A stretch of 64,000 nt of DNA from the human T2T-CHM13v2.0 reference genome, Homo sapiens, in assembly GCF_009914755.1 (NCBI RefSeq), contig NC_060937.1; one strand, written 5' to 3'. A program made the position numbers and the translations under genes. Every line of letters starts with the position of its first letter. Position 1 is the first letter of the stretch. A model generated the notes under the pieces. The model was not told the origin of the DNA. It saw only the letters and a list, made by a program, of their open reading frames with translations, and made no database searches. Of the stretch, positions 1-21,096 are shown piece after piece.

Positions 1-656
1 AAAATGTACACATCCTATTCTAAGTGGCACAAACATACAGATAAGGTTAGGAAATATAAATACATATTGTCTTGCCAGATATTTCACTTAATGACTCCCA
101 GAGAAAAAACTGGAGTCACCCCTGAACACACATGAACTCATGCGTTTCTGACAAAAAATAATTTGAGCATGGTCAAAAATGTTAATGTGTTCTTACAGTC
201 CTACTAATTAATACTGTAATTGTTTGGCCTCATGATACTCTGAGAAGTGAATATCCTCTTGTATGCTCGCACTACTACGGCTAACACACGCACCACACAT
301 GGCAATTTACTCAGTGCCTTCAATTTCCCCTTCAGCCCTTACAGCAATTCTGTCATGCGGGTACTGCTCTCATTCCCATCGGAGAGAAGGTGGAGCGCAA
401 AAGGTCATGCAGTTTCAAAACTGCAAGGTGGCAGGGCGACACTCAAACCCTGGGCTTCCTGGCTCTACAGCGGCTCTGCTGTCTGCTCTCCCGACCCCAT
501 TACACTTTCTGCACCATGACATCTTAGCAAGGTTCCACAAGTTTTAGCCTTGGCTATTCCTGAAGCGAATAAGCTCAACTTCAGTGTGTTAATGAAGTCA
601 CATGGAATTTCTCAATCATCCTAGTTGTTATGTACGCAAGATAAAAAAGGAAATGA

Positions 657-928
657 GGCTGGCCATGGTGGCTCATATCTGTAATCCCAGCATTTTGGGA
701 TACCAAGGCAGGAGGATCGCTTAATGCCAGGAATTTCAGGCCAGCCTAGGCAACATAGTGAGAATTTGTCTCTAAAAAAAAAAGTCACGGATGGTAGTCC
801 TAGCTACTCAGGAGGCTGAGTCAGGAGGATCATTTGAAACCCAGGAGTTTGAGGCTGCAGTGCACTTTGATCACACACTGTACTCCAGCCTGGGGGACAG
901 AGTGAGACCCTGTCTCAAAAAAAAAAGA
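657..928 (+). mobile_element. AluJ-type
   Basis: Diverged Alu dimer with A tail. Confidence 0.85.
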
Positions 929-1160
929 AATATATATATTTTAAAATTAAGTGCTTTATTTTGATACTAGGCAGAGGGGTTTGACTGATGTTAACACTGA
1001 GAGAAATTTGTGGGAAACAATTTTGAGATTGAAAGGAAACGAAATACTTATGGATGAGGTCATAGATATAACAAATGCAAATATACATTCCATTGAAAAT
1101 ATAACATTTGAGGTCTATAAATATAATAACATAAAACAGCATTCAAGAAAATTGTCCTAC

Positions 1161-1317
1161 CTTCAACCTTTGAAAAATTTGAAAACTCAGGTCTGTATTC
1201 CTCTAATTCAGTATGATCACTAGGATGAAAGTCCTTTATCTGATCTCCAGGCATGGAAAATTTAATAATATATTTCATTTTAACCTGATTGGTTTTATAG
1301 ACAACAAATTCATCATC
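1161..1317 (-). CDS. PARP4: PARP4 exon 14 (157 nt), DDEFVVYKTNQVKMKYIIKF...SKVE; contains catalytic E547
   Basis: ctag|GAT acceptor, GAAG|gtagga donor; phase 0 to 1. Confidence 0.97.
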
Positions 1318-1552
1318 CTAGAGCAAACAGAAATCAGTAGGTGATTAACAACAGAAGCAACAAAAAACCTGTATTGGCAGATGTTTTCATAAAAGCATGT
1401 TTGCTAATTTAGAAAATGTTGAATTAATTCATGCAGTAAATATATAACAATTATTTAAACTTAAGCATATTTAATGAAAATAGGAGCAAAAAACTAAGGC
1501 CTTTCTTTGAGCATTCAAGACCCTCTTTGCTTCTTCCTTGAAATAAAAATAC

Positions 1553-1736
1553 CTCAAAGTCTGTGGTGACAGAGGCTGTTTGTGAAACTCCATGCACACT
1601 GTCGTAGCCTGGTGGTGCTTCAGTTAAGGAAAAGTCCTTCTCATGTAAGTCCATACACTTTCCGAGGGCTACGTCACAAATGAGCAGGAGTCTGGTGCCA
1701 TCTGTCTCTCCCGGGTGTGAGTACTTGATACTTGTA
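1553..1736 (-). CDS. PARP4: PARP4 exon 13 (184 nt), TSIKYSHPGETDGTRLLLICDVALG...TDFE; ART domain
   Basis: gtag|T acceptor, GAG|gtattt donor; phase 2 to 0. Confidence 0.97.
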
Positions 1737-1904
1737 CTACAAGCGAAAGGAAATAAACACATATTTACAGCTTAGAGTGACTTGTCAATAACATACTATT
1801 GAAAAGACTTTCCTGGTAAACTGTTCTAAATTTTCCTATTATTGAAATATCTCCAAAGACTCAATTTAGAACTTTATTATGCACTTATTTATTTAATATT
1901 TCTT

Positions 1905-2242
<338 letters not shown>

Positions 2243-2888
2243 TAGGCAGTGCTCAAAGCACTTTGTTTCCAGAGAGAAATGAATTCTACTGTTCTCCTAA
2301 ATCTCTGTTAGCTACTAAAATATACACATTTTACTATCATAAATACCAGGGTGGTAAAGAGAAGGAAAAATCACCACCTTATTAATTAGGAAAAAGTAGA
2401 TTTAATTCTCTGCACTAAAGCTCAGAAAGGAATAAGAACCGTGGGTACCAAGTGAGTAAGAACTGGTCAAAGGGAAAGACAAGCTCTCACAAAGCCTCCT
2501 GAAAGGAAAAACAAACATTTCAAATTATATCCAAATGAGAAATGTTGTTTTATCTTTCTTTGGGAATCAGCAGCTTTAATAAGGCAACTCTTGCTATTAG
2601 GAGCACAGACTAGGACACACCTTTGGACACAACATTTTGGAGACGCATCTCTATTTTTTAAAGATTAAGTTCAAAATGCCGAAGTATGGCCAGACGACCC
2701 TTCTTTGTTTCACCTACTGAAAAAAAAAATCAGTTCCCCCATTCCTTCTAAAATCCTCTCCCCTTTGGAGGGCTCTTTTCCTGCAACTTACAAGCATGCT
2801 TTCTTCCTTCTCATTAAACCCCACTCTGGACTTCTCCCTGGAGCTCTCTCTATTCCTTCCTATCTCACCACGTTCTGGCAAAGGGGGC

Positions 2889-3644
2889 CCAGCTGGGCTC
2901 CTGAGTCTGGTGGGGACGTGGAGAACCTTTATGTTTAGCTCAGGGATTGTAAACACACCAATCAGCACCCTGTGTCTAGCTCAGGGTTTGTGAGTGCACC
3001 AATCGACACTCTGTATCTAGCTACTCTGGTGGGGCCTTGGAGAACCTTTGTGTGGACACTCTGTGTCTAGCTAATCTGGTGGGGAGGTGGAGAACCTTTG
3101 TGTCTAGCTCAGGGATTGTAAACGCACCAATCAGCGCCCTGTCAAAACAGACCACCCTACTCTACCAATCAGCAGGATGTGGGTGGTGCCAGATAAGAGA
3201 ATAAAAGCAGGCTGCCCCAGCCAGCAGTGGCAACCCGCTCTGGTCCTCTTCCGCACTGTGGAAGCTTTGTTCTTTCGCTCTTTGCAATAAATCTTGCTAC
3301 TGCTCACTCTTTGGGTCCACACTGCCTCTATGAGCTGTAACACTCACCACGAAGGTCTGCAGCTTCACTCCTGAAGCCCGCGAGACCACGAGCCCAATGG
3401 GAGGAACGAACAACTCCAGATGCGCCGCCTTAAGAGCTGTAACACTCACTGCGAAGGTCTGCAGCTTCACTCCTGAGCCAGCGAGACCACGAACCCACCA
3501 GAAGGAAGAAACTCCGAACACATCTGAACATCAGAAGGAACAAACTCTGGACACGCCGCCTTTAGGAACTGTAACACTCACCGCGAGGGTCCGCGGCTTC
3601 ATTCTTGAAGTCAGTGAGACCAAGAACCCACCAATTCTGGATGC
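2889..3644 (+). mobile_element. LTR12 (ERV9) solo LTR, 5'-truncated
   Basis: Repeated ctagctcagggattgtaaacacaccaatcagcac (CCAAT) units, AATAAAAG box, R/U5 repeats, 3' end ccaccaattctggatgca. Confidence 0.9.
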
Positions 3645-6277
<2,633 letters not shown>

Positions 6278-6663
6278 TATAAGGAATCATCTAATAACTT
6301 TTCATCCACTAAGGTCCTAAGGCTCATCCATTTGACATGTGTAGCCACAGTCCACTTGTTTCAACTGAAGGACAGGACTTCATGTAGGACTCCACCAAAA
6401 TGTACGGATCCATTCCACTGTCGATGGACATCTGCATGATTTCCAGTGTTCTGTTACTACAGTGCTCTTTTTTTCTTCTTTTCTTTTTTTTTTTTAAGAG
6501 ATTGGGTCTCGCTTTGTCTCCCAAGCTGGATGTAGTGGTTCAGTCATACCTCACTGTGGCCTTGGACTGCTGGGCTCAAGCAGTCCTCCTGCCTCAGCCT
6601 CCTGAGTAGCTTTGATTACAGGTGTGTGACACAATGCCTGGCTAATTTTAAAAAGTTTTTTTT

Positions 6664-6970
<307 letters not shown>

Positions 6971-7012
6971 GTTTTTTTTAGAGATGGGGTCTTGTTGTGT
7001 TGCCTAGGCTAA

Positions 7013-7932
<920 letters not shown>

Positions 7933-8113
7933 ATAAGGGCAGATTTAAACATTATCAAGGATGCTGAAGATGAAATAGTATTCCAGCCACATTGAGGTCA
8001 TATATAATAGATAAATCTGTGTTTTGGTTGAGAAACTCCCTCACCAAGGAAAGACAGAAGAAAATACACAGCAAGTATTCAGTAACGATTCTGTGATTAA
8101 GGATCGAACATAC

Positions 8114-8209
8114 CTGAGCGAATCACTGAAATAAATCCCACTTCCAAGGTTTCCGACGTCTGTTCTTTGCACACCACGATCTTCCACTACTTTGGGTAAA
8201 AGCAACCCT
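8114..8209 (-). CDS. PARP4: PARP4 exon 12 (96 nt), GLLLPKVVEDRGVQRTDVGNLGSGIYFSDSL; contains Y477
   Basis: ttttcag|A acceptor, CAG|gtatgt donor; PARP GxGIYF motif. Confidence 0.97.
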
Positions 8210-9628
8210 CTGAAAAGAGAAGGGCAGGATAAGGTGTAAGCCCAACACTGACTGCATCTCTTCCTTGCTCAGAATTTTGGCAGGTTCCTACTGAACTTCT
8301 GGCATTCAGAGAACTCTGCAATCAGGGTGAAGCCATGGTTGTTTCTGGAAACACAAGGGAAATTTCTGCCTTTTATTAGATAAACATCTATTGTTTGAAT
8401 TTCACATTAGGAGATTGAATGAATTTTGTAAAATAGCTTTTGGGTTTTGGTCCTACTTAGAAAGCTCATCCCTACTTAAAGATTATTTTAAGAAGATTCT
8501 CCCATTTTTCATTTAGTATACTTTTATGGTTTGATTTTAAATATTTAAATATTTGCTCTGTCTGGAGTTAAAGTATGAGAAATGAGGTAAAGGTCCAACT
8601 TTATATTTTTTCCTTGTGGTTACCCATTTATCTCTATAGATAGTATTGAAGAACTTGTCTTTCTTCCACAGAGATAAGATCTACTTGTATCATATCCTAA
8701 ATCTTCTGTGTTTTTGGGTTCATTTGTGTTTAATATTAATGTCACCCTCATTGTGCTTCTTTTCCAGAATTATTCTGGTAATTTCAAAATATAAAAAAAA
8801 TATGTTGTAGAATCAGCTTTTCACTTCTTTAAAAAAATCTTATTGGTAATTTTATCATGATTGCACTAAATCTATAGACTAATCCAAGAAAAACTGGCAT
8901 CCTTCTGATTCATGCAAGTTGTCTTTTGGGTCCCTCAGTAGCAGTTTAATGGTTTTTTGGTTTTTTCTTTCTTTTCCCCAGGTGGATCTTGTATGTTTCT
9001 TTTTAAGTTTCTTCTGAGTAATTAATGGATCTACATTTAACAATATTTTCTCCTGCTCCTGTGACTTCAGTTTCAGCCCTAATATTAAGTAGTAATTCAA
9101 AGCAAACAGAATCTTAGAGTTATGTTTCAAATAAACAACTCATGTTGTCTGATGCACACTCTAATTTCTGGACTCTTCTCTTTAAATATTGGGCTATCCC
9201 TAGATTAGATACACATGGAAGACTCATGAATATAGAATCACTTTTCTTCATACGATACAGTCTTCAAGAAGCAATTCATACCTATATACTACACTTTAAA
9301 AATAATAAATACATAATTTTTCAAAATAGAGATAAGGTCTTGCTAGGTTTTCCAGGCTGGTCTTGAACCCCTGGCCTCAAGTGATCCTTCTGCCTCAGCC
9401 TCCCAAAGTATTAGGATTACAGGTGTGACCCACCATGCCTGGCCATAAATATGTAATTTAAATTACACACTTAATTATAAAGTGTGTAATTTTCTCCAGA
9501 ATGCAGTAAGCTAGCTGATTTTAACTGAAAAGACTCACGTAATATAGAAAAAAGTAGGAAAAAAAGAAGTAAAACACTTCACATTTGTGAGCCTGAAATT
9601 TTTGAAAAATAAAGATGGCTACTCTTAC

Positions 9629-9766
9629 CGACACAAGATTCCCACGATGTTTTGTACAGGAGAACCATGCAACAAGGGCCTCACATTACCAAGTTTGCTC
9701 AAAAACTCTGTGGTTTCATTCACTCTGCCAACTCTAAATATCTGCAAGACATCCACTGGGCTCTTA
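9629..9766 (-). CDS. PARP4: PARP4 exon 11 (138 nt), KSPVDVLQIFRV...LLHGSPVQNIVGILC; contains H438
   Basis: ttacag|T acceptor, CG|gtaaga donor; HGS motif. Confidence 0.97.
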
Positions 9767-10130
9767 CTGTAAGAATTAGAAGAAAAGCCTTTAGATTACA
9801 TAATTGGAAACAAAACAAAAAGTCATTATAGCAGAAGAAATCCCAAAAGAGTCCAAATGTCCATTATCAGGAAACTGATTCAATGAGTCACAGCACAGCA
9901 TATCTTGGAAGTATTATGTAGGTATTAAAATAACCATATTATTTAACAAAAATAAGGATATGTAGTAAAGTATACAGTAAAATATAAAATTTAAAAGATT
10001 ACAAAACTTTATACATAGTATTATCCCAATTTTGTCAAATAAACAATAGTATATGGAATATATAATTCTTGCTCTGGGCAACAGAGCAAGACCATGTCTT
10101 TCAACAACAATAAAAAAGAATGCAACTTCT

Positions 10131-11110
<980 letters not shown>

Positions 11111-11827
11111 TGAGGGCAGCTGTGGTGGGAGGAAGGGCACATCTTCCCAACCCCATGTCCAGTGGCCTCAGGTCAGCACCTTGACATTAGCTGTGGTGGG
11201 AGTATTTGCTTCCCAGAACTCAGCAAATATTCCAGACCAGGACTTTTCCTTCACAGAGCTGGCTTACCAGCACACCCCCGGGTGAGCAGCATCGGGGTGA
11301 TTCAGGCTGGGTTATGTTCTACACCCAAATGTTAACAGTGGTTATATTATCTCAGGGTTGTCTTTGGGTGGTGAGATTTTGAGTGATTTTTAATTTTCTT
11401 CATATTTTTAGATATTTTCTAAGCTTTTAGAAAAGAACATGAGTTTTATAACTAGAAAAAAGTAATATAAAGAAATCATGATTAGTGAAATGAAGGAAAT
11501 CTAACTTTTCACAGCAGCAGGATCTTTCCCTAGGAAGAAGCCCACTTTAGCTGTGTGACTGCTTTTGTACTTAGGGGGTGGGGTGGCTCGCCAAGGGCTT
11601 GCTCAGGTAGCCCTGGAGGGCTGAACTGCAGCTGCCACTCCCGGGGCTTGACGTGGCTCTTCCTGTCTTCCTGGAGAAAGCTTATTGCCCTCCCGATTCT
11701 ACCTTCCATGTCACCGGACTCTTACTTAGTACAGATCTCAGCGGACACCTAGGGGAGGGTCAAAAGTCAAACCAAAAGAATTTGATTACATATAAAAACA
11801 AAATCTGGAGAAGGCCTGTGGGAATGA

Positions 11828-13140
<1,313 letters not shown>

Positions 13141-13244
13141 TGGGAATGGATTTTGAGAATGATAAAGGAAAGTAGAACATAATTTTAGATGGGTCTGAGT
13201 CAGGCCATAAGGTAAGAGTGGCTGGGTGTGGTTTTAGTGGGGCT

Positions 13245-13445
13245 CTGGAAAACCAGCTCTCTAAACAACAGCAGCAACGCCCCCGCACAGCCCTGATTTG
13301 CAGCATTTGCTGATTTCCATGGCGCAAATCCTCCCCGTGTCCAATTTCAAGCTACCCATGGTTTAACAACCAGCTCACCAAATCTCTTAAATGTTGACAA
13401 CTGGCTCTCATAAGCTGGTGTGTGCGGCTACAACTCACCACCATT
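13245..13445 (-). mobile_element. MER63-like hAT element; a second fragment in opposite orientation lies at ~11150-11276
   Basis: gtttaacaaccagctc...tggctctc...ctcaccaccat and tggtgggagtattt...ttaccagcacacc resemble the MER63 consensus. Confidence 0.6.
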
Positions 13446-14131
13446 TGTTCTAAGGGCTGTGCCAAGCTGACGAAGAGGAACTGCTGCAATGGAATGAACC
13501 ACCAGGTCAAAAGAGTCAGTCCCATGCTTGAGAACAAGCATGCAATGGGGTTTCCAAACTGAGAAGCTGGGCACAGACTCAGCCACGGTGACCCTCAGGG
13601 GTGCTGACACCCAGCAAGGGCTCATCTGAGCAGGTGGTCCATCATGTTTGTTGTTACTGGAGAATGCCCCTCAGCGCAGGACCCTGGGTATGCACAGTGA
13701 ATGAGGGCCCAAGTGTAACTGGTATTTAGGAACGTGTTTTCCAGGTTTTCAGGGGCAGTTTTTCATGCCACAGAGAGGCCACGTTAGAGACGCCATACCC
13801 ATATTCCTGCACATTTAAATCAGTTTAAGTGGCTTTTTCTCTGTAATAACCTACAAAATACAAACTCAAACACGTTTTAAAATTTTTAAATTTAACCCTC
13901 AACAAGATTAGGTAACCTTGAAATCGGAGTGGAATATAGAGGGTGTTTTCAAGCACAGAAAACTGCCCCAGGCACCGTTCTGAACAGAGAAGAAAGTAAT
14001 GTGTCATCACACCACCGCTACTGTGGCTTGTTGCTGAAGATTATCTAGGTAATTACTGTAATTAGCTCTTTAACGGAGTCTCAAAGAGCATTATATTATA
14101 ACAGATCCTGAGATATTTCCTTTATGCTTAC

Positions 14132-14292
14132 CTGTGATGATTCTGCAAAACCTCTTTTCTAACCCTGAGAAATTCTTCAGTATTCTGTTCAACATGCTCA
14201 ATTTTGCACCTCAAAGCTCGGTATTTGGCCAGGGATGGTGGGTTGGGTTTGGACAAATTAGTTTCACAGACATTAACCATGTCTCTTATTAG
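14132..14292 (-). CDS. PARP4: PARP4 exon 10 (161 nt), LIRDMVNVCETN...LQNHH
   Basis: ctacag|CTA acceptor, CAG|gtaagc donor. Confidence 0.97.
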
Positions 14293-14584
14293 CTGTAGGT
14301 GGAAATAATACACAGATGTCAGAATCACCACATGTCAAAATTAATATTTATATCACATTAACACTTTCTCAAAAAGATAGGAAAAGTCCATTTTCCCCCA
14401 AAGCTTGTTTTACTTTATTTATTTTTGAGATGGGTCTTGCTCTCACCCACGCTGGAGTGTAGTGGCATGACCATAGCTCATTGCAGCCTCAACCTCCTGA
14501 GTTCAATAGATCCTCCTACCTTAGCCTCCAGAATTGTATTTGAATGGGCACTATACGTTCCCTCTTAGCAACACTCATGATTGA

Positions 14585-14880
<296 letters not shown>

Positions 14881-15149
14881 CTGACAGACTCTTTATGTTT
14901 GATGTTAGGTAAATCATAGAATTTTAAATTTGGAAGGGTCTTATATTTTCTCATTGACCAGTTCTTTCCTTATTTTGGATTACTGATTCCTCTGGGAATC
15001 TGTTGAAAGCGATTATTTCCCAAACATGCAAAATTTCACATCTATAAACTCCTCTGAAGTCTAGGACACAAATCTCTGATCTTGGCCAAATCCCTGCATG
15101 CACAGATGAGGGAACACGGACCAAGAGAGTGACTTCAGCCTAGTCTAAG

Positions 15150-15620
15150 GCAGGGTTGGCTGCTGTGGCTGCCTTCCTCTACTCACTAAGCCTGCTTCTC
15201 TCCTGGCAGCTCAGAGGAGATGGCCCATTTCTGAGCAGCCACAGTGGCTCCAATCTCCTCACCAGTGACTGGTTTGAGATTGTGCACATGACTTCATTCT
15301 GACCAGAGAAATATGAGTCTGCCAGGGGCTTCCTCTATGTGACACAAAAAGAACTATTACAGATGGGATGCCATGAACTACTGCAGCCATCTGCAGATCA
15401 CGAGGAAGCCAGGCTAAGAGCAGAGCCGTCACTCTACAGGAAGTACAGAGGGACGGAAGGAGGCTGGGACCCTGATAACACTGACACACTGAGTCTCGGG
15501 GTGACCTGGGCCAGCAGGCAGCCCACAGCTGGACTTCTTATTGTCTGAGAACGTAAATGTCCTTATCGTTTAAGTCAGCTGCAGTTTCCCCTTTCTCCTG
15601 CAGAGGATCCGAACTCATTC
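15150..15620 (+). mobile_element. MLT1 (ERVL-MaLR) LTR, old subfamily
   Basis: gactggtt...catgacttcattctgacca and aatgtccttatcgtttaag motifs. Confidence 0.55.
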
Positions 15621-15884
15621 CAGAGTCTGAAAAGTTATTTTACAAGATAGCAATTTTAAACCTATTTCTGCACTTATGTCACTGTGCCAACATATTCACA
15701 TTTGAAAATATGGTTTAACTTTCATAAGGATCCAGGGCTTTCTAAAATGGTTCAACAATTTATTTTCTAGTACAACTCTGGAGACAATTTCATGATTCAG
15801 TGTTACCTCATTCATCAGATTTCTAAAGACCCCCACCCTCAACATATTTTATAATAAATAGAATTCTATATTTCAGAGGTTTAC

Positions 15885-16058
15885 CTGGCAGAGGTCTGCT
15901 TTCTTAGCCAATAGTCCCAGGTTCACTTCTTTGGGCATTGTGCCTTTGTGAGGTATCAGTCTGTAAAACTCTGTCATCATCTTTTGCAATTGCTCTGCTG
16001 TTTCTCCATTTTTCAGTGCTGCCTTTACTAGAAGGAGAATCCCCTCTGCCTTGCTCAC
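15885..16058 (-). CDS. PARP4: PARP4 exon 9 (174 nt), VSKAEGILLLVK...ADLCQ; helical domain
   Basis: gaaag|GTG acceptor, CAG|gtaaac donor; FYRLIPH motif typical of the PARP regulatory domain. Confidence 0.96.
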
Positions 16059-17059
16059 CTTTCAACAGATCATATATGCTTATTACAATGAAATCTCAAT
16101 ACAGAAATTAAGGAGCATGCACAAAACTATATAAATAATTGTTAGACATGTCAAGACTATCCATTTTCTACTGGAGAGCCTTCACAAAGCAAATGCTGAT
16201 CTTTATTGGAGACGTATCTCAGTTGTGGCAAAGATGCCATGAGGATTGTTGCAAAACTAGGCTCAGTTTTACTAGAAGAAAGAACCAGAGTCTTATATTT
16301 CTATACATATGTGGACACATCTACATACCTATACACAGAGAGAGAAACACTAATGCAACTGTGATAGACTTGCTTTTCACATGAGAAATTTAGAAAGCTG
16401 TCAGAATCAGACCAGGGATAAAAACCTCCTGAATGTGTTTCTAATTACACAAGTACTTCATGGGCTTTATCCCAGTTAGCCATTTTCTCCTTGAGATAAA
16501 TTAGTTTAATTCCACAGAGGAAAATTGACCATATTATTTCAATACAACAATGCAGTTGCACAAGTTGTACCATTGGGGTATCTTCTTTTGTCTGCTCTTT
16601 TCATTGCAATTATGCTTAATCAAGAAGGGAAGAACATTTTCTGGTGGTCTGGAGGCATGCCTGCCTTTCCTAAGACAGAAGGTGCGAGACTGTGGAGTCA
16701 CTAGGAAATGGACTGCGGTTAGGGCATCTGACTGGGGACCAAGACCACCCATAACCCTCCAGCTTCCTGCAAGCCTCTTGGCACAGAGGATCAGGCCTCC
16801 TAATTGGCCAGCACCAGAAGCCTGCCTTCGATCAGCTCTTGAGGCTGACATTTTACAGACAGGGATGTCTAGTTTTCTCAGAAGCTTTTCTCCTTAGTGC
16901 TGTTAGTGGTCTCTTTCTTCAGTACCGGTACAAGGAAAGAACATTTAGGAATGAATTCCAGAGCAGTCAGGCCAGCATGCAAACACACGTGTTATTGCTG
17001 AAGCCAATCAACCAGGAGGCAGATTTTTCACATTCTGTTTCAGCGACACACCAACTTAC

Positions 17060-17197
17060 ATCGTTGAGGCTAATCCTGTTCACTGGCTTGAGAAGCATGT
17101 GTTCCAGGTGGCCCAGGGCCTCTGCCCAAATCATCTCTACTAAATCGCTCACCTCTTGGCTCAGAGTGCTTGAATTCATGACTTCCTCCAAAAGCAA
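17060..17197 (-). CDS. PARP4: PARP4 exon 8 (138 nt), LLLEEVMNSS...ISLND
   Basis: tgtag|TTG acceptor, GAT|gtaagt donor. Confidence 0.96.
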
Positions 17198-17662
17198 CTA
17201 CAATAATAAAATAGAAATGCCACCAAAAAGTCATCATGTGTGAGTTTGTGTAAAACTTACATGGGCCAACGAACAGAGGTGTGAGGAGAAATAATTGATT
17301 AGAGCCCAGGAGAGTCATCCCCAGCCAGGTAACTAAATCCTTTCTCTACTAGATCCTCCCTCTGTCTTCCTCCATTCTCTCTTCTCTGATTCCCTCCTAC
17401 CCGCTTTTCTTCCTGTTCTATTTTTTTCCTTCACCCTGTAAGCTCTAGGCCTGTCAGTAGTAGTCAACACACGAAGTCAGGATTAAGGACCCTTGACTCA
17501 TGGCCTAGGTTGTAAAGACATCTCCCAAAAGCTGGGAGGGTCTGCTGCTGAAATAAGCAATACATCTCCTGTCTTGTTCTAAAACACATTCCCCACTCAA
17601 CTTCCATGCCTTTCTATGAGTTCAGATTTCCTTTTCTGAACTCCTCCTCTTCCCTCCTGACA

Positions 17663-18634
<972 letters not shown>

Positions 18635-19444
18635 AGAATTACCAAAATTTTAAACTCTTAATAGCCTAAAACCTGGAGGTAGAGGGGAAAAAGCTTGAGA
18701 ATGCACAGCAGACAGAAAAGATCATTTGTTTCACTGGAGAGTTACTCAAAGCTTCCTTCCAAGTCTACAGACTCCTTACAAACCAGTCTAACTAGCTTGT
18801 AAATCTGGTTTTCCAGCTTTTTGGAAATGAGAAAAAAAAAATCTGGAGGGGAAGGGGAAGAAAAGAAAAATACTTCAGAAAGGAAGAACTGTTAGAGACG
18901 GGCACACAGCGAAAATGAAATCACAGCCAGTAGACAGGCAGGAAAGTTATTAGGTCATGCACATGTTAAAGGCTCCAGCTCCTCCCTCATCCCAAACTGC
19001 CTGTGGAGGCGGCACTTTCTGCTCTTCTGGGCAACTCCTGCCCCTGTAGTAGGCAGTGATCCTAACATTAACCCCAGGAAAATCTGGAAGAACCTGCCCC
19101 AGCTCAAAGCCATGGTGTCCTTGTAGGTGTTGGTTGAGCCCCTGGCTTGGGGGTGTGGACCCCTGGGAAGCCACACTACTCAGGATACCCATAAGCCGCC
19201 CTCCCAGATAGGGGGGCCGCAGGATGCCTCTGAAACTTGGAAAATAGGAGTGCCTGTTGAAGTCACTCCATTTAAGACGGTAGAGTTTAACATAATTTTG
19301 GAAGATTCCCATCAAAATGGTTTTATTAAGCAGAAGGGCAGGCTGGAAAATCCTCTTCAGCAGAACGGTGGACTGAGGCTCACTGCTATCAAGGTGGACA
19401 GGCTTCTCTGCTCAGCAAACCAGGCTCACCCAGGGGTGCTCTAC

Positions 19445-19661
19445 ACAGACTCGGGCTCGCTAAGGGAGGAAGGCACCCTGAGGGATGTCCTGGCCTACAC
19501 GATGCTACGGTTTTCTTTCTCAATGAAGAAAACAACGACACATTCTATCATCTCTACAGACTCGGGCTTGCTAAGGGAGGAAGGCACCCTGAGGGATGTC
19601 CTGGCCTAAACGATGCTATGGTTTTCTTTCTCAATGAAGAAAACAATAACACATTCTATCA
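19445..19661. repeat. Two-copy 111-bp tandem duplication
   Basis: acagactcgggct...cacattctatca at 19445 and 19556, about 5 differences. Confidence 0.95.
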
Positions 19662-20206
19662 TGTTTTTCACCTTCGTTTTTACTTACTTCTTACCCAAAC
19701 AACTATATCCTCCACAAAATCCAGTATGCATTTCAGGGTACAAGGGTAACAAAACCCTTTCTCCTTCTTGGACACATTTGACCATGGATTAGCTTTCTAG
19801 CTCTGTTCCCATGGAAATCTGATAAAGATGGCATGTCAGCTGTAATAGTAGGCAAAATTGCTTATGTAATTGTGGCCTCTCATTGATAAATTGCATTGAT
19901 ACTGGGGGCTCAATGGTGGGAAACCCAAGCTTTGGGCTTGTCAGAGAGCAGTGACTCATATAATTGGGTATGTCCCTTGAGGGCATCTGGAACCCGAGAC
20001 AATGCTACAAGAGCTATGGGCTCTTGTGGGGTAGGGCTTCCAAGCCAAGTGGATCTCACATCCACCTGACGTGAGTCTCTTTCTCTTGTACCTGAGCTGA
20101 CACTCAGAGTGGGAACAAAGGGAAAAGCTCCTGGAGCCTGTGTGGGCCTCTGTGAGGGCCACTCTCACGGAGAAGTGACTGTTTCCTGGCCCAAGACAGA
20201 GCTGTA

Positions 20207-20508
20207 GGCAGGACGCAGTGGCTCATGCCTGTAATCCCAGCACTTTGGGAGGCCAAGGCAAGCAGATCATGAGGTCAGGAGTTCGAGACCAGCCTGGCCA
20301 ACATGGTGAAACCCCGTCTCTACTAAAAATACAAAAATTAGCCAGGCGTGGCAGCGCATGCCTGTAATCCCAGCTACTCAGGAGGCTGAGGCACAAGAAT
20401 CGCTTGAACCTGGGAGGCAGAGGTTGCAGTGAGCCGAGATCGCACCACTGCACTCCAGCATGGGCAACAGAGTGAGACTCTGTCTCGGGGAAAAAGAAGA
20501 AAAAAAAA
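20207..20508 (+). mobile_element. AluSg-type
   Basis: Alu consensus with short left-arm variant. Confidence 0.85.
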
Positions 20509-21096
20509 GATAGATCTGTAACTCTGAATGTCTACTTGAGAAGGCATCCTGGTGGGTGTTGCAGCATTTTATTTGAACTTCAGGCATTAATTCTAAATTT
20601 ATTTTTGTTTCATGATTGTTTTAGATTGGAACTGTGCTCTTGACCTGATACTGACCTAGGGCAAAGGTATGGCCTCTGCAAAGCCTCCTTTGTTGTTCCC
20701 AGGGCTCTGTGACCTTGAGCCCTCAATACCCCATATATATATTCAGGATTGGAAATGTCACAGTGGATTGTAATGATGAGTGTTATTTCTTTCTAGACAG
20801 TGATCTCTGACGCCAGGGTGTGAAGCTATTTTTATCTTTGAGTGTCAGCCCTAGTCGATTGCTTGGTACACAGCAGGTGCTTAATGAAGTATATCAGTGG
20901 AATGCTTTCAGAGGTGTAAATATTAGGAAAATATCCCAAAAGTGATGTGGAACAAGGGCAGAAATGCTATACACCCTGCACCCAGTAAACATTCCCTTCT
21001 AGCGGGACCCTGTGCTGATCTACTCAGGGGGTGAGGTCCTCACCTCCCACACTCCAAAAGAGAACACATTTCCCCTTTGCAAAATTATTTACCAGG

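Noticed and set aside
19127-19609. 160-aa plus-strand ORF with an internal repeat
   Set aside because: Non-ATG start, intronic and antisense; the repeat is just the 111-bp (37-codon) DNA duplication
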